A stretch of 64,000 nt of DNA from Lama guanicoe (taxonomy: Eukaryota), in contig MU055609.1 of NCBI GenBank assembly GCA_013239625.1, positions 14,954,375 to 15,018,374 of the forward strand, written 5' to 3'. Positions 36,601 to 49,000 of the stretch are shown one piece after another. Every line of letters begins with the position of its first letter. Position 1 is the first letter of the stretch. The notes under the pieces were generated by a model, which was not told the DNA's origin, did not search any database, and was given only the letters and a program-made list of their open reading frames with translations. Position numbers and translations under genes: made by a program.

Positions 36601-39600
36601 ACCAAGGACAGCAACTCTCCCCTCCTAGGCTCTGGGCTCTGGACCAGGGTGGGGTGAGGGCTCAGGATCCTGCTAGGAGATCTCATGGGGAGTACTGCTG
36701 GAGGCTGTGAATGTTTCTCCCTTCTATGTGGTGGAACAGATGGGATGTCTTTTGGTCTCCAAGGACCATAGAATTATTGCGAGCAACTTGGCCCAGTTTT
36801 CTAGGGGCAGAGGCTACATAAAGTTATTCCTCAGATCAACAGGGTTCAGAGACTGGACAGCAGAGGACTTTTCTCTGAGATTTCAAGACCTTTCTTCCCA
36901 CCCAGAGACATGGAGCTTAATCTCTGCTGAGTCACTTCTCAAAGCAATGAGGAGTTGGCGGAGGGGAGTGAAAAGTAGCACATGAGTGGATTGGGAGTCA
37001 GAGGGCCTAGGGTCTAGCCCCGGCTCCAGGAGCACCTGGACACCAGGCTCTGCACCTGTGAAATGGTGGGGCGGGGGGTGCATTTCAGGATTCTTTACAT
37101 CCCCTACCCAGGGGCTTACAGTGGGTTGGGCAGGTCAAAGAAGGTGAATTTTCTCCCAAATGGGTCAAAGCTTTCCCAAGCTCTAGAAAAGGGGGGTTTG
37201 GGGTCATGATGTGGTGAGGCTCTGACTTCAGCTCAGAGTCAATGCTGGAGGGATTCGAGGAGAGGGAGAGAAAAGTGTAGCCCCAACACACCCATCTGTC
37301 TTCTAACTGGGTTAGAGGGGATATGACAGTTAGGAGCAAGGGACAGGGCAAGTCCCCCCACACCCACGATTATTGCCCAGCCCTCTATGTGTGGTAGGTC
37401 ACACCATTTATGGATTTGCATCTATATGATTGAGTGGAAGGGTTCAACCCCAAGTGTTATGGTGTGAACGTCACATATATGTGGCAGACTATGTCGTGGG
37501 TTCGTATGACTAAGACTTGGTAGGACCTTTAATGACTGTGTGACTGTTGTGTGAACATACACATGACTTGTATGTGAAATCACTATATTTATATATGTGA
37601 TTGTTGGCACTCATATATGTCTGCTTATGCCTGTGTGAAGGAAATATATATGAGCTAATGTGGCTGTGTATGTGTGTGAGTGAGAGACAGACAGACAGAC
37701 ACATTGATGGGCTCATTGATTCCTTGATAGTAGCTCTTCGAATATCCCAGAAGCTGGGGTGGTTTCAGAGACACATTCCTCCTCACTACCACCCCACCAC
37801 CCCAACTCCCAGTCCCCTCCTCCCATTCACTAGTGATGCTGGCCCTCTCAGCCTTTCCTTTCCTGGTGGGACTTCCTGAAAGATAGATAGGGCAAAGCAG
37901 GAGGAATAAAGTCCCCCTTCTCCCTGACTGGGTTCTTGACTATCCCACTTGGTCCCTCCGCCCACTGCTTTCAGGGGCTGTGCTGCCTACCCCACCCTGG
38001 CCTCTGCCCCTGCTCTTAATTTGCCTGGGATTCTTACCAGTGACAGCAAAAGGCTTCTTTGGTACAGCCCTTATCTGAGCACCGCTTCCTTCTCCATCAA
38101 GCTCCTCAGGCAGCCAAGCTTCAAGAGGGGAAGTCCCTGCAAACCCACGGCCCGTCTTCTGCTTCCCCTGCCCAACCCCCATTAGGACAGGGTGTCTAAA
38201 AGGACCACACTGCAATGCCTAGGAGGTTGCCATGGAAACCCAGGCAGGATGGTGCCCTACTAGGAGAGGCAAAGGGCCCCATGTTCCCTGCATGGCTGAA
38301 GAGGGAGGCTGGGAGGTGGAGGGCTCCCCAAACAGGAGGTACAGAGACCCTGGGGGTGAGCTCTCACCACACGGCTTCTGAGGTTCTGCAGACCTCTCCC
38401 TCAAAGCCAAAGTCAGTTCAGGTCACCCTAGCCATCCTTCTCGGTCTTGTTTTTCTAATGGCCTCTCCACCTCTCCACACACAACCCCCTCCACATTCAA
38501 CCCACTTTGAGAATGAGTGTTAGTTTGAGAGTGGCCAGGGCTCACAAGGGGTTTTTAATAGGGCTGTAAAGGTATCACAGAGGTAGGTTGTGATATCTGG
38601 GAATGATAGGGTTCATGGTGTACCTAGAAGAAGGAAACCAAATGTGGGAATTCCAGAGAAGGCAAACTTTCAAGAAACTTAGCCCTTTGGGGCAAGGACT
38701 GCAACTGAGTGGGAAGGGATATGGCAGGGGAACCTGTCAGGGATGAGGCTGAGGGCTGCAGGGCTGAGCTCTGCTTGCTGACTCTCCACCCATAGCCCCA
38801 CCATCTCGACTCTGCCTCCAGCCATCCTGGTCTGCTTTGTCTGTGTCACTGCCCCAAGCAGGGCCAGGGGTTCAGGGTGCAGACAAGCTGTAGAGGTTAT
38901 CTCAGCAATGCCCCTGCCTCCAGTCAGAGCCCAGCCCGTCCTGCCCCTCCCGAAAGGATGACTTTGGCAGTGCTCTCAAATAAGCCTCATTGATAATCTG
39001 ACCATTTTCCCTCTCTGTGCTTTGTTGCGGGCGGCGGGTCACAGAAGGGGCCACCAAGAAGCTGCGCAGCAACATCCGGCGGAGCACAGAGACGGGTGTT
39101 GCCGTGGAGATGCGGAGTCGGGTCCCTCGCCAGGGCAGCCGGGAGTCCACGGACGGGAGCACCAACAGCAATAGCTCCGATGGCACGTGCGTTCAGCCCA
39201 CCGCCACCGTGTCCCCACCCTCCTCCTCAGTTCTCTAGTCACAAGCACAGGGCTGGAAAATCTCCTGGTTGGGTCCCCAGATAATCTAGGTTCCTCTGTA
39301 TCCCTGCCTCCCTGTGTCCCCCTGCCCTGGACACCTGCTGCCTGGGCCCCAGTCTTTCTATTGCTCCAGGCAGCTGTTTCCTGTTTGAATACCCCAGTGG
39401 CCCAGGAGCAGTTCATCCTTCTGTATTTTTTGCACCTCCACACTGCCCAGCTCAGAGGAGAGGTTTAGAAAGAAAAATGGGATCCTAATATCCTTTAAAA
39501 TCTGAAACCATTGTTATGGCTCAGAGGAATGAAGTTCTCACAGGTGGCCTTGCTTGGAGCTTAGGGAAGGAGATTGGACTAGATTAGTGTTTTTCAAACT

Positions 39601-42600
39601 GTGGGTGGTGGCTCGCAGGCAGGAAGTCAAATCACTTTATTGGGTCAAAACCAGCATTAGAAAAGGAAATAGAAAGGAAGAATTACCCTGTGAACTTTTA
39701 CATATATATTGATGCACTAGGTCTATGATGTTAAGTGTATTTCTTACATGTGTATATGGCTTGCAGTCCAAAATTTGAAAGTCTCTGGGTTAGGTATTCC
39801 CTTGGATTTCTACTAAATCTATGACACTATCATTTTATGACTAAGATTTTCTGAATTGGCTTCAGCAAGGCCCAGTGATTTCAGGGTTTTGTGGCTCTAT
39901 TATTTAAGATTCTGTGATCACATGTCTCGCTACTATACCTCCTTCTAGCTGCTAGCATTTAGTGCATCTTACCATATACAGGGCATCACTGGGCACTTCA
40001 GATCAGTGCCTCCTACTCTGGGGTCTACCAGCCACTCTCAGGCCAAAAACGGTGTCTCAGTTAATACAACAATCCTAAGGGATGTTGGTACAACCATTTT
40101 CTCCATTTTTACAAGTGGAGAAACTGAGGCACAGGAAGAGGGTATAGTACCTTCCCAAGGTCACTGCTATTAAGTGCTGGTGGAGTCAGGATTTGAATTA
40201 AGGCCATATGACACTATAACCTTTGTTCACAATCTCTACACTCTCTATACCAAACTCTTGAAATTCTGTGACCTGAAGAGTCTGTTTCTTTTTTGTTGTT
40301 GTTATCCTTTTTTTTTAATTGAACTATGGTTGATTTACAATATTGTTAGTTTCAGGTGTACAGCAAGGTGATTTGGTTATACATATGTATAGATCTATAT
40401 TCTTTTTTTTCTATTCTTTTCCATTATAGGTTATTACAAGATATTGGATATAGTTCCCTATGCTATACAGTAAATCCTTATTGTTTATCTATTTTATAAC
40501 ATGGTAGTGTGCATCTGTTAATCCCAGACTCCCAATATATTCCTCTCCTGTTCCCCTTGGGTAACCGTAAGTTTGTTTTCTATGCCTGTAAGTCTGCCCT
40601 GTTTTGTAAATAAGTTCATTTGTATTATTTTTTGATTCCACATGTAAGTAACATCATATAATATTGGTCTTTCTCTGTCTGACGTCCCTTAGTATNNNNN
40701 NNNNNNNNNNNNNNNNNNNNNNNNNNNNNNNNNNNNNNNNNNNNNNNNNNNNNNNNNNNNNNNNNNNNNNNNNNNNNNNNNNNNNNNNNNNNNNNNNNNN
40801 NNNNNNNNNNNNNNNNNNNNNNNNTTCCGTGTCTTGGCTATTCATTTAACCTTTTCAGATCCCTCTGTCCTAAAAATGCAATATTAGGCTATTGCTGACT
40901 GTGGCCAATAAAAATGGATGGGCCTTGAAGCCCTCTCCTGGGGAGTGGAGGCTGAGATTAGCTGGGGAGACACAGGCCCTCTCCGATAAACATATGCAGT
41001 CTGTCTCCCCTTCCTGCCTGTCACTGGCCAAGGGAGACTCAGGCCAACGATCCAACAATGGATTTGTTCTGGGACAACTTTTCTCTCTCTAGGCAGGAGC
41101 CTGAGCTGTTCTGGGAGATCTTAAAACATTCTTTGGTCCATCGTAGCCCCTCAGCAGTTCTGGGCCAGCCCTCCCTCACCTGTCCTTTCTCTGCTAGCCA
41201 CACCCAGAACGTCTAGGCTTGAGGACATGAAAAAGTAGCACATTTTCCTTGATGCTCACAACAAGAGCAGCTGTAACTGCCACTGATTGTTTTCTGTTTG
41301 TCTGGAACTGTTCATTCACCATCTGCCCAAATCCTCTCCATCATCCTGTATAGTCGGGCATCATCTCTGTTCTGCAGGCAAGGCAAGTCTCCTACCTCTT
41401 GGAGCCTCTGTTTTCTCATCTGCAAAATTGGCTAATAGCTCCTGCCACATACAGTGATTGTAAGGCTTAAATGATACACACCAGGAGCACGTAGTACGCT
41501 GCTGGCATCTGGCCAACTTTCAATCACTGTCAGTTTATCCTGTTACTATTTCCAGTCCCTTCACAGCTATGGACCACCCACCATCAATTGTCATTCATCT
41601 CAACCCTTTAATCATGTTATTTTGGTCTCAGTTGCAGTTTGGGGCACCATCTTACATTATTGATTTGGATTTCAAACTTACAATCAACTAAACCTCAGTT
41701 CTTGCAACTTTCTCCAGGAATTGAAATTTCTGGCCTGCATCTCTGATTCTTGGCATTAACAGCCCCTGATGAGGACACAGATGTCCAGCAAGCCCTGCCT
41801 TTTCAGGGTTACGTTAGAAATTCTGGTACTTGAAGATTAAGTACCATAATTATGTTTATTAGTCTCTTTTCTCAAGTGACATCAAAGTACTTTTCTTTAA
41901 TGTGCAGAGATGAACAGTTCTGTTTGTCCCCAGCCAAAGTAGTACCCTCACACTCTGCAGAGGAGAGCTTGAGGCATAGAAGTGCCCAGTGCCCCAGGGC
42001 CATCCAGATGCCCTCACACACCCCTCTGCCTCCTTCTCCAGGTTCATCTTCCCCACCACCCGGCTCGGGGCTGAAAGCCAGTTCAGCGATTTCCTGGATG
42101 GGCTGGGACCAGCCCAGATTGTGGGGCGACAGACGCTGGCAACGCCACCAATGGGTGAGTCGTCTTAAGGGCAGGGCGGGCTTTTTTGCCAGTGTGGCAG
42201 AGTTAGCATAGCACTCATCAGTCCCTCCCTCATCAGAGAGGAAAGGGGTTCCAGCCTTTCTACGCCGGCCACCACCCTGCAGCTACTTTTCCAGCATATT
42301 CTCTCCCTCACATCACCACACACTCATCTGCTCTCCCACTGCCTACTGTGTGCCGGGCAGCGCTAAGTGTTGGGCATAAAATGGTGAACAAAAATTATCA
42401 CAGCATTGATGTTAATGGGGTTTGCTTCATCACTGACTCTCTGAGGGACCTTGGGCAAGTCACTTCCCTTCTTTGAGCCTCAGTTTCCTCAGCTGTAAAT
42501 TGGGACTAGTGATACCTGCCTCAGTTCTGCAATCTAAAGACAATTTATCGAGGCCCTATGTGACGCTTTGCAAAACTATTTCATTTACTCCTTAGGAACT

Positions 42601-45600
42601 GGGTCTTATTTGACTTGTTACTTCTGACAGTTTCTGGCACCTGGAAGCCTTTTAGCACTTTTCTCATCCCTCTTCCCTGCAGCTAGGAAGTACTCCCTAC
42701 AATCTATTCTCAGTTCTCCTAGCTGCAGTTCTGGCCCCTTCCCTCCCTCTCTCTCTCTCCCTTAGATCCCTGCAGTGTTGGCTTCAAGCAGCTCCTCCCA
42801 GGCTGGCTTCCCCAGAGATGCCTCCTCACCACCACCGCCTCCCCCTCCATCAGTCTGACCTGAGCAGTGCCTGACCCAGACGTCTGCACTCAGCCCTCCT
42901 GTAGACAGTGTCTAACCTTTGACCTCACAGCAAATGAGGAGGACGAGTGCAGACAGAGCCCTGCGGTGAGCCACGCAGTGGAGCTGGCCTCCGTTCCAGG
43001 CCAGGGCTCTTCCCACTGCACTGCCCTGTCTTCCTCTAATAGGCTCACCCCGGAGCCTTTGTCTGCTGGAAGAGGGGAGCACAGGGAACCTCAGAGGGTA
43101 AGCGTCAGCTCCTGTCTGGCTCTTGGGTTGGATTTGGCGAATTCCCAACCCTTGCTTTCGGGCTTTTAAGGGCCTGGAGAGTCTGCTTTCCTAGCCTTAG
43201 GCCCAGCCCACAGCTGAGAGAGAGAGCAACCAGCCACTTCCACAAGGCTAATGCAGCACAGCCTAGAGCATTTGTATGTGGTGCCCCCTGGTGTCCCAAG
43301 TTGGGAAGAACAGGTTTGCATTGGTTCATCTTTTTCAGACTGTTATCAGTGAAACACAGAGATTAATTCCTGAGACCTCCCCGACCTTCCCCCTTTCCCC
43401 CTTCCCTAGGAATAGCTAGAAGGAGAGGGATTAATTCCAGGATGTCTCCTGAAAGTAACAAATCCCCAGCTTCCAAAGTGTGCACATACCAACAACTGGA
43501 TGACGGCTCAGAGAATCTAAAATGGGTGACTGAACTTAAAGTCCAGCCCATTTAACTTTTTCCGCAATCAGGCTTGTGATGCTGCACCCCTTTGAAGGAT
43601 GTCTCAAGTAACTAGTGCAAAATTTCAAAGTCTGCTAACCTGTGTCAAAGAAAGCTAAGAGTTCTAGAAATCGGATGACATGACTCCAAGCAGAGAACTC
43701 GCCCCAGGTGGATAATCCATTTTGTTGGGGCACCGTGAGGAGTTCTCAGTACTCTGCTCCTGGGACCTCTGCTAGCCTTCCCTCCATCCTTTATCAAGGG
43801 TACCAGCAGGCCCTCACCCCCCCGGACGTGTCTGTATCCTGGGTACACTTGTATCTCTGCATCTCTGCAAACTGATAACCTTTACATCTCGGTTTGATGT
43901 TTATGTAGGGGAGTGGCTGAGGGCTGCTGTACAGAAAGTGGAGAAGAGCCACTGAGCCCACAACCTCCTGTCTTCCTGACAGGGAACTCTGTCCCCAAAC
44001 TTGCTCAGTGAAACAGAAGCCCTCCTCCCACCCCCATAACCAGACTTACATGGGAGTTTGGCAACCATTTCTTGTTAGCCAAGCATGCCCTTGAGGGTCA
44101 TGCTGCCACTGCACCCCAAGGGCCCTATCAAAACTTTTCTCAGCCACTTTAAAGTGGTCTCCCAAGAGTAGCTCTGGAGCATGCAGTTCTGTCCATCTTG
44201 TGTCCTTTCCAGTGTGGTAGCATCCTCTGCAGACTGGCATTCTGCACAGCAGCTGGCCGACCTGCCCCATGGCCTGGCTCTGCCTGGACCACCCCTCTTC
44301 TCCCTTGCAGGGGACGTGCACATTGCCATCATGGACCGGAGCGGCCAGCTGGAGGTGGAAGTGATTGAGGCTCGGGGCCTGACCCCCAAACCAGGCTCCA
44401 AATCCCTCCCAGGTGAGGTAGAGCAGCTGGGACAGGGATTTTGGAACTGAGGTCCTGCCAGGGAGGGATATATAGCTGAGCTCTGGATCTAGTGAGTCCC
44501 AGCTCCCCATTGGCCTATGTCTGTATTCTCAACACTGGATTCACGGATTGCCTACAAGGCCAGTGAACAGGGATAGAGGGGGGGAGGGTGGAAGGGTGGG
44601 TGTTTGAGTCAGTCTCTTCCACCTGCTGCCCACTGGTCAGCTCATCCTACTCACCCTGCTCACCTCCACGATCACCTGGAGGTTAGGGGATGGACAGGCC
44701 ATGGCCGTTTCCCTGGACCCCTCCCCATCATGCTTTCTTCCATCCCTTAGCCACCTATATCAAGGTTTACCTGCTCGAGAACGGGGCCTGCCTGGCCAAG
44801 AAGAAGACGAAGGTGACCAAGAAGACCTGTGACCCCCTGTACCAGCAGGCTCTGCTCTTTGACGAGGGGCCCCAGGGCAAGGTGTTGCAGGTGTGTGTCC
44901 TGGGGCCAGTGGGGCAGGGCGACTCTCAAAGACTACAAACTGTAACTTAAAATTTGTTTCATTTATGATTTATCCTGTGCCAGGCTCATTAAGACATGTT
45001 TATCCATTTATTGTCACAACCCAGTGAGATGTTATTGCCCTGGTTGACTCATAAGGAAACAGAGATTCGGGGGAGAACTCGATTGCCTCCAGCTTGCACA
45101 GCTGGTAGGTAGAAGCAGGGTTTGACAGATGCATTCTTCCTGGGTGGCTTCCCACCTGACGTCCTGTCCTGGCGCTCGTGTTTATTGTCCCTGTGATCCG
45201 GCAGCAGAGTGAGAGCTGTGACCCAGGTCCTGGACTCCCAGTCTGCTCTTCCCTCAGGAAGGCTGTCATCTGGGATGCTCTGGAAGTCAGACCCAAGTTC
45301 TAATCTCAGTGCTGCCACCAATTACTGTGTATCTTTGGGTTAGTTAATTAACCTCTCTGAGCTGCATTTCCTCTTTGTGGAGATAATACATAGCACATCT
45401 ACCTAGATGGTTGTAACAGTTGAGATAATGTGTATAAAGTCTATAGGGCTGAGGCTAGTGCACCTGAAGTACTCAGCAAGCTGTTGCTTGAAATCTGAGT
45501 TCTGCCTCTGTCCCATCAGTGCCCTGGCAAAACTCTACAAGATTCCTGGGCCCACTGCCCAGCCCTAGAGTCAGAGAGGTGGCTCAGCTCCGCTCTCTTC

Positions 45601-45827
45601 CTCCCCACTGGCAGGTGATTGTTTGGGGAGACTACGGCCGCATGGACCACAAGTGCTTCATGGGCATGGCCCAGATCATGCTGGACGAGCTGGACCTGAG
45701 TGCTGCGGTCACCGGCTGGTACAAACTCTTCCCCACATCCTCAGTGGCAGACTCCACCCTTGGCTCCCTCACCAGGCGCCTGTCCCAGTCCTCCCTGGAG
45801 AGTGCCACCAGCCCCTCGTGCCCCTGA
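33466..45827 (+). CDS. RIMS3: RIMS3 (RIM3gamma), spliced CDS join(33466..33682,39045..39186,42042..42154,44311..44412,44751..44890,45615..45827), 308 aa
   Basis: Exon lengths 217+142+113+102+140+213=927 nt, all GT-AG with consistent phases. Translation MFNGEPG...KKRRSSLGAKMVAIVGL...RQGSRESTDGS...C2B domain (GQLEVEVIEARGL...VIVWGDYGRMDHKCFMG...GWYKLF)...SATSPSCP* matches recalled RIM3. Confidence 0.97.
34080..34550. repeat. Degenerate CA-rich low-complexity tract downstream of exon 3
   Basis: acacacgtg, cacatacgcatgcacatacc, cacattcacacac. Confidence 0.7.
38226..38239. promoter_or_regulatory. RFX X-box
   Basis: GTTGCCATGGAAAC, near-perfect X-box palindrome in non-repeat intron 3 sequence. 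Confidence 0.55.
39045..39186 (+). CDS. RIMS3: RIMS3 exon 4
   Basis: cacAG|AAGGGG ... GGCAC|GTGCGT; encodes EGATKKLRSNIRRSTETG...RQGSRESTDGSTNSNSSDGT. Confidence 0.95.
40285..40842 (-). mobile_element. L1 3' end, antisense in intron 4 (spans gap)
   Basis: Same L1 3'UTR signature as the 16.7 kb and 62.6 kb copies. Confidence 0.85.
40696..40824. other. Assembly gap (inside L1)
   Basis: Run of N. Confidence 1.
42042..42154 (+). CDS. RIMS3: RIMS3 exon 5
   Basis: tccttctccAG|GTTC ... ATGG|GTGAGT; encodes FIFPTTRLGAESQFSDFLDGLGPAQIVGRQTLATPPM. Confidence 0.95.
44311..44412 (+). CDS. RIMS3: RIMS3 exon 6 (start of C2B domain)
   Basis: tcccttgcAG|GGGAC ... CCAG|GTGAGG; encodes GDVHIAIMDRSGQLEVEVIEARGLTPKPGSKSLP. 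Confidence 0.95.
44751..44890 (+). CDS. RIMS3: RIMS3 exon 7
   Basis: catcccttAG|CCACC ... GCAG|GTGTGT; encodes ATYIKVYLLENGACLAKKKTK...GKVLQ. Confidence 0.95.
45615..45827 (+). CDS. RIMS3: RIMS3 exon 8, coding part (TGA 45825-45827)
   Basis: actggcAG|GTGATT; encodes VIVWGDYGRMDHKCFMGMAQIMLDELDL...SATSPSCP*. Confidence 0.95.
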   Translation: MIVWGDYGRMDHKCFMGMAQIMLDELDLSAAVTGWYKLFPTSSVADSTLGSLTRRLSQSSLESATSPSCP

Positions 45828-45969
45828 GGACCTCAGGAAGAGGCCAGGATGCTGTGTGGGAAGGGGTGACCTCCTCCCATGTACATAGTCTTCACGTCTT
45901 TCTGGACCCCTTGCCCTCCTGCATGCCTGTTGGCTACTGGGCCTGTCCCAGCTGACAGTGGAGACTCTA

Positions 45970-46014
45970 GTGTGTGTGCGTGTGTGTTTGTGTGTGCGTT
46001 TGTGTCTGTATGTG
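45970..46014 (+). repeat. (TG)n-like microsatellite in the proximal 3'UTR
   Basis: gtgtgtgtgcgtgtgtgtttgtgtgtgcgtttgtgtctgtatgtg. Confidence 0.85.
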
Positions 46015-49000
46015 ATCATGTTAGATCTGTTCATTTGTCTGGGTGGTCTTGGTGACTATATGGGCTGAAATTCATGTCTCTGTGTCTTGTTGAAATGAAA
46101 CACAAAGGAGTGTTGCATGGACACAACCCCCGCCGAGTCCAGGGGTGGAAGTGGGTGACGTGGTCCTTGGTCCATGCCACCTGGTCCTGGTTTCAGGGCA
46201 GAGCCCATGTGCCCCCCGTCTGTGCCTGTTCTTGGTGGTCCTTGCTTAGTTTTCTGTCTTGTTCTTTGTTCCGCCTCTCTGTCTCCCAGCACTGCTGCTG
46301 TTTTTTGAGGAATGTAGCCTCCACTGCAGCTGGCCACATGAGGCCCCCCTGGGAACCCAGACACCCCTCCTCTCCCCCCGGCACTCCAGGTGCTCTTCCC
46401 ACCGAAGGCACCGGCAGCATGTAGCATCTCACAGAGTGCCCCGGCCTGGGCTCCGGGGAGTAGAAGGTGCCGGGGAGCTGAGGGCTTGGAGATTGCTTTA
46501 TCCCTCGTCACCTCCTTCCTGCAAGTCAGATCTGAGGAGGTATCAGTTCCTAGGGTTGCTGGCCAGGTTCCTTGGAGGAGAAGTTCTGGTGCCTCCCTTA
46601 GCATTCACCTCCTGTCTCCCTCCAAGCCTCCTTGCCTCCAACATGCCAAAGCAGCTCTCCCAGTGGACCTCAGGAGGTGCAGACTGGAGGGTCTTGATGT
46701 GATGTGCGAGAGGTCGGCCTCAGAGGGGATGTTACCTGCCAAAGCAGGCAGCCCCTGGAGGCACCTGTGTCCTCCCCAGGCCCTGAGGGTGGCCCTGTGC
46801 GCCTCTAGGCTCGTCCTGGAGTGGTACCTGGCTTGTTGAGGTGCCCCCGAGGGCAGGGCTGCTGGCTGGAATGAGAAGAGCCGGGGCTGACTTGCTCTGA
46901 GCCCTGTTGATCATCCTGTCTGACCTTTGAGGACTAGCTGCATGAAGTTGATCACTGGGGCTCTATTATTTAGCTCATTTCCAGACCAGGGTCCCTGTCT
47001 GGGAGCTCAGACTCACGCAGGCTCCAGCCTCCTGGCTCCATGGAGAGCCTGGCTCTGAAGTCAAGACCGCCACAGTCACCAGCTCTGTACAAGCAATACT
47101 CCCCCCGCCTGCCTCCCGTGCTCCGCTGCTGCCCTGTGGAGAGGGCCCGGCCTGCTCTAGACACCGCACCCGCCTCTGCTTTCTTTCCACCCTTGTCTGG
47201 TTGGAGCTGCCCAAAGCCACTCAAACCCTGCCTTGACTGGACAGCTGGGCCCTGTGGGTGGACACCAAGGCCTGGACTGGACCTTGTGAGATGCCTGCTG
47301 GGGTCCTGAAGTCTGGCTCAGGAGTGCCCAAATCTGTCAGGTCTAGGGTGAAAGGCAGGTTGCCGCCCAGGAGGTGAACACAGCAGCCCTCAGGTCCATG
47401 TCTGGTGGGGAGAAAGAGGTAACACAAGGAGTCAAGGTCTGGGGCAGGCTCCCCTCTGCCTCTTCCCCAGACATCATCCCCGAGGGCTGCACTGACTCTA
47501 ATCATGTACGTGGGGGTTGAGGGGAGTGACCCAGGGGAGCCGTGGAGACATGCTTGGACTCCATTCGCAACCAAAGCCCAGGGGGCATGGAGGTGGCTGC
47601 TCGGGGTGGGGGTGAAGGAAGAGGCTCTCTGGAGACAGCCATCTCCACCAATGGGTCGCCTTTTCTGGAAGGATCTACATTAGGCTGAAGCCAGGGCCCG
47701 GCAACCTCCCTTCCAAGAAAACTAGGAGAAGCCAGGACCCCATCGGTCCTGCCCACAGACAAAAAGTGGGTCAGGGCAGTAAGAACTAACAGAAGGAGCT
47801 CCTGGGCCCCTGACTCCTGCTGGAGCCTCCGTTCTTGGATCGGCAGAGGCAGGAACAGTTGTGTGCGCGGAGTGGAGAGAGGAGGCAGCTGGGTTGAGTT
47901 TTCTCTTTCTACGAATTTCTCTCCTAGTGGCGGGACTGGCTAGTGCACACACTTTTCTCCTGCTTCTAAAATGAGGCAAAGGGCTCTGTGCTTTGAGATC
48001 CTAGGGTGGGGAGAGGGAGGAAACTCACTTGCAAAAGAGCATCCTTATGTCCTGTCGGTGATGCAGAGCAGTGGCCCTCAGAAGGGTGTGAAGATGCCCG
48101 ACACCTTCGGAGTGGGGGGATTATTAGTGACCCGTGGGGTAGTGTAGACATTTGCCGATGTGATGTGGCGTTGAGTTTAATGATACCCAGCCCGTGCAGT
48201 CACCCCGGGAATCGGGGATGTCAGTGAGGGCTGTCACCCTCATGCTTCTAGGGACCAGGAAGACAGAAGGCGGGGAGCGACCAGCAGAGGCTGCTGCTGG
48301 GGAGCTGAAAGCCGCTGGCCCCTTGCGTCCAGGGGAAGGTTGGTAGCACAGGGGATGTTCTAGCCAGAGGTAGGGCCCAAGATGTTGGTACCTCTGCTGA
48401 CCTGCTTACAATCCCCAGCTGCCGAAACGGCCCAAGGGTTGGGCTACTCGGCTGTCCCACCTCACTGATGAGAAGTAATTTCCCCCACATGTTGACCTTA
48501 GGGAATTATTCTTTTTAACCCTTTGTACCGAATGGGTTCCTAATCCCCACCTGGATTCCCCCCATGAGGGTAAAGTCATGTAGGCTATGCACATGTGTGA
48601 TGGTGAGTGGCTGGACTTAAGGGTCTGGCTCTCTGCAGCCTGGATGCAGGGGCTCGTCTGAGAAGCTGCTCTGGATCGAGCCTGTCCAGGAGAGAAGGGA
48701 GCACAGGCGTGACTCCTGGCCTTCCCTGGATGGGGAGCATCTGTCCTTTGAAGAGGGCATGGCAGGGAGGGAAGAAACATGATCCCCCCAGAATTCTCCC
48801 TAACCTGAGACCAACTCACTGTTAGATGCAGTATCCTGGCTCCACCTGCCCCCTTAGACCAGAGGAAGCCAGCGCTGATGACAGCAGGAAGACTCTTTGT
48901 CATCCTGTCTTCCTCGGCTCAGGCAGAATTTGTGGGAAACGTGGCAGAGACAGGAGTGGCCCTGCAGTGATGCTGGGCTGTTGGGCAGGAACCGTGATGG

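Noticed and set aside
45623-45955. 110-aa alternative-frame ORF overlapping the last exon; possible stop readthrough
   Set aside because: Shadow of GC-rich coding sequence; stop context TGA-G is not the leaky TGA-CTAG type and another in-frame TGA follows 14 codons later
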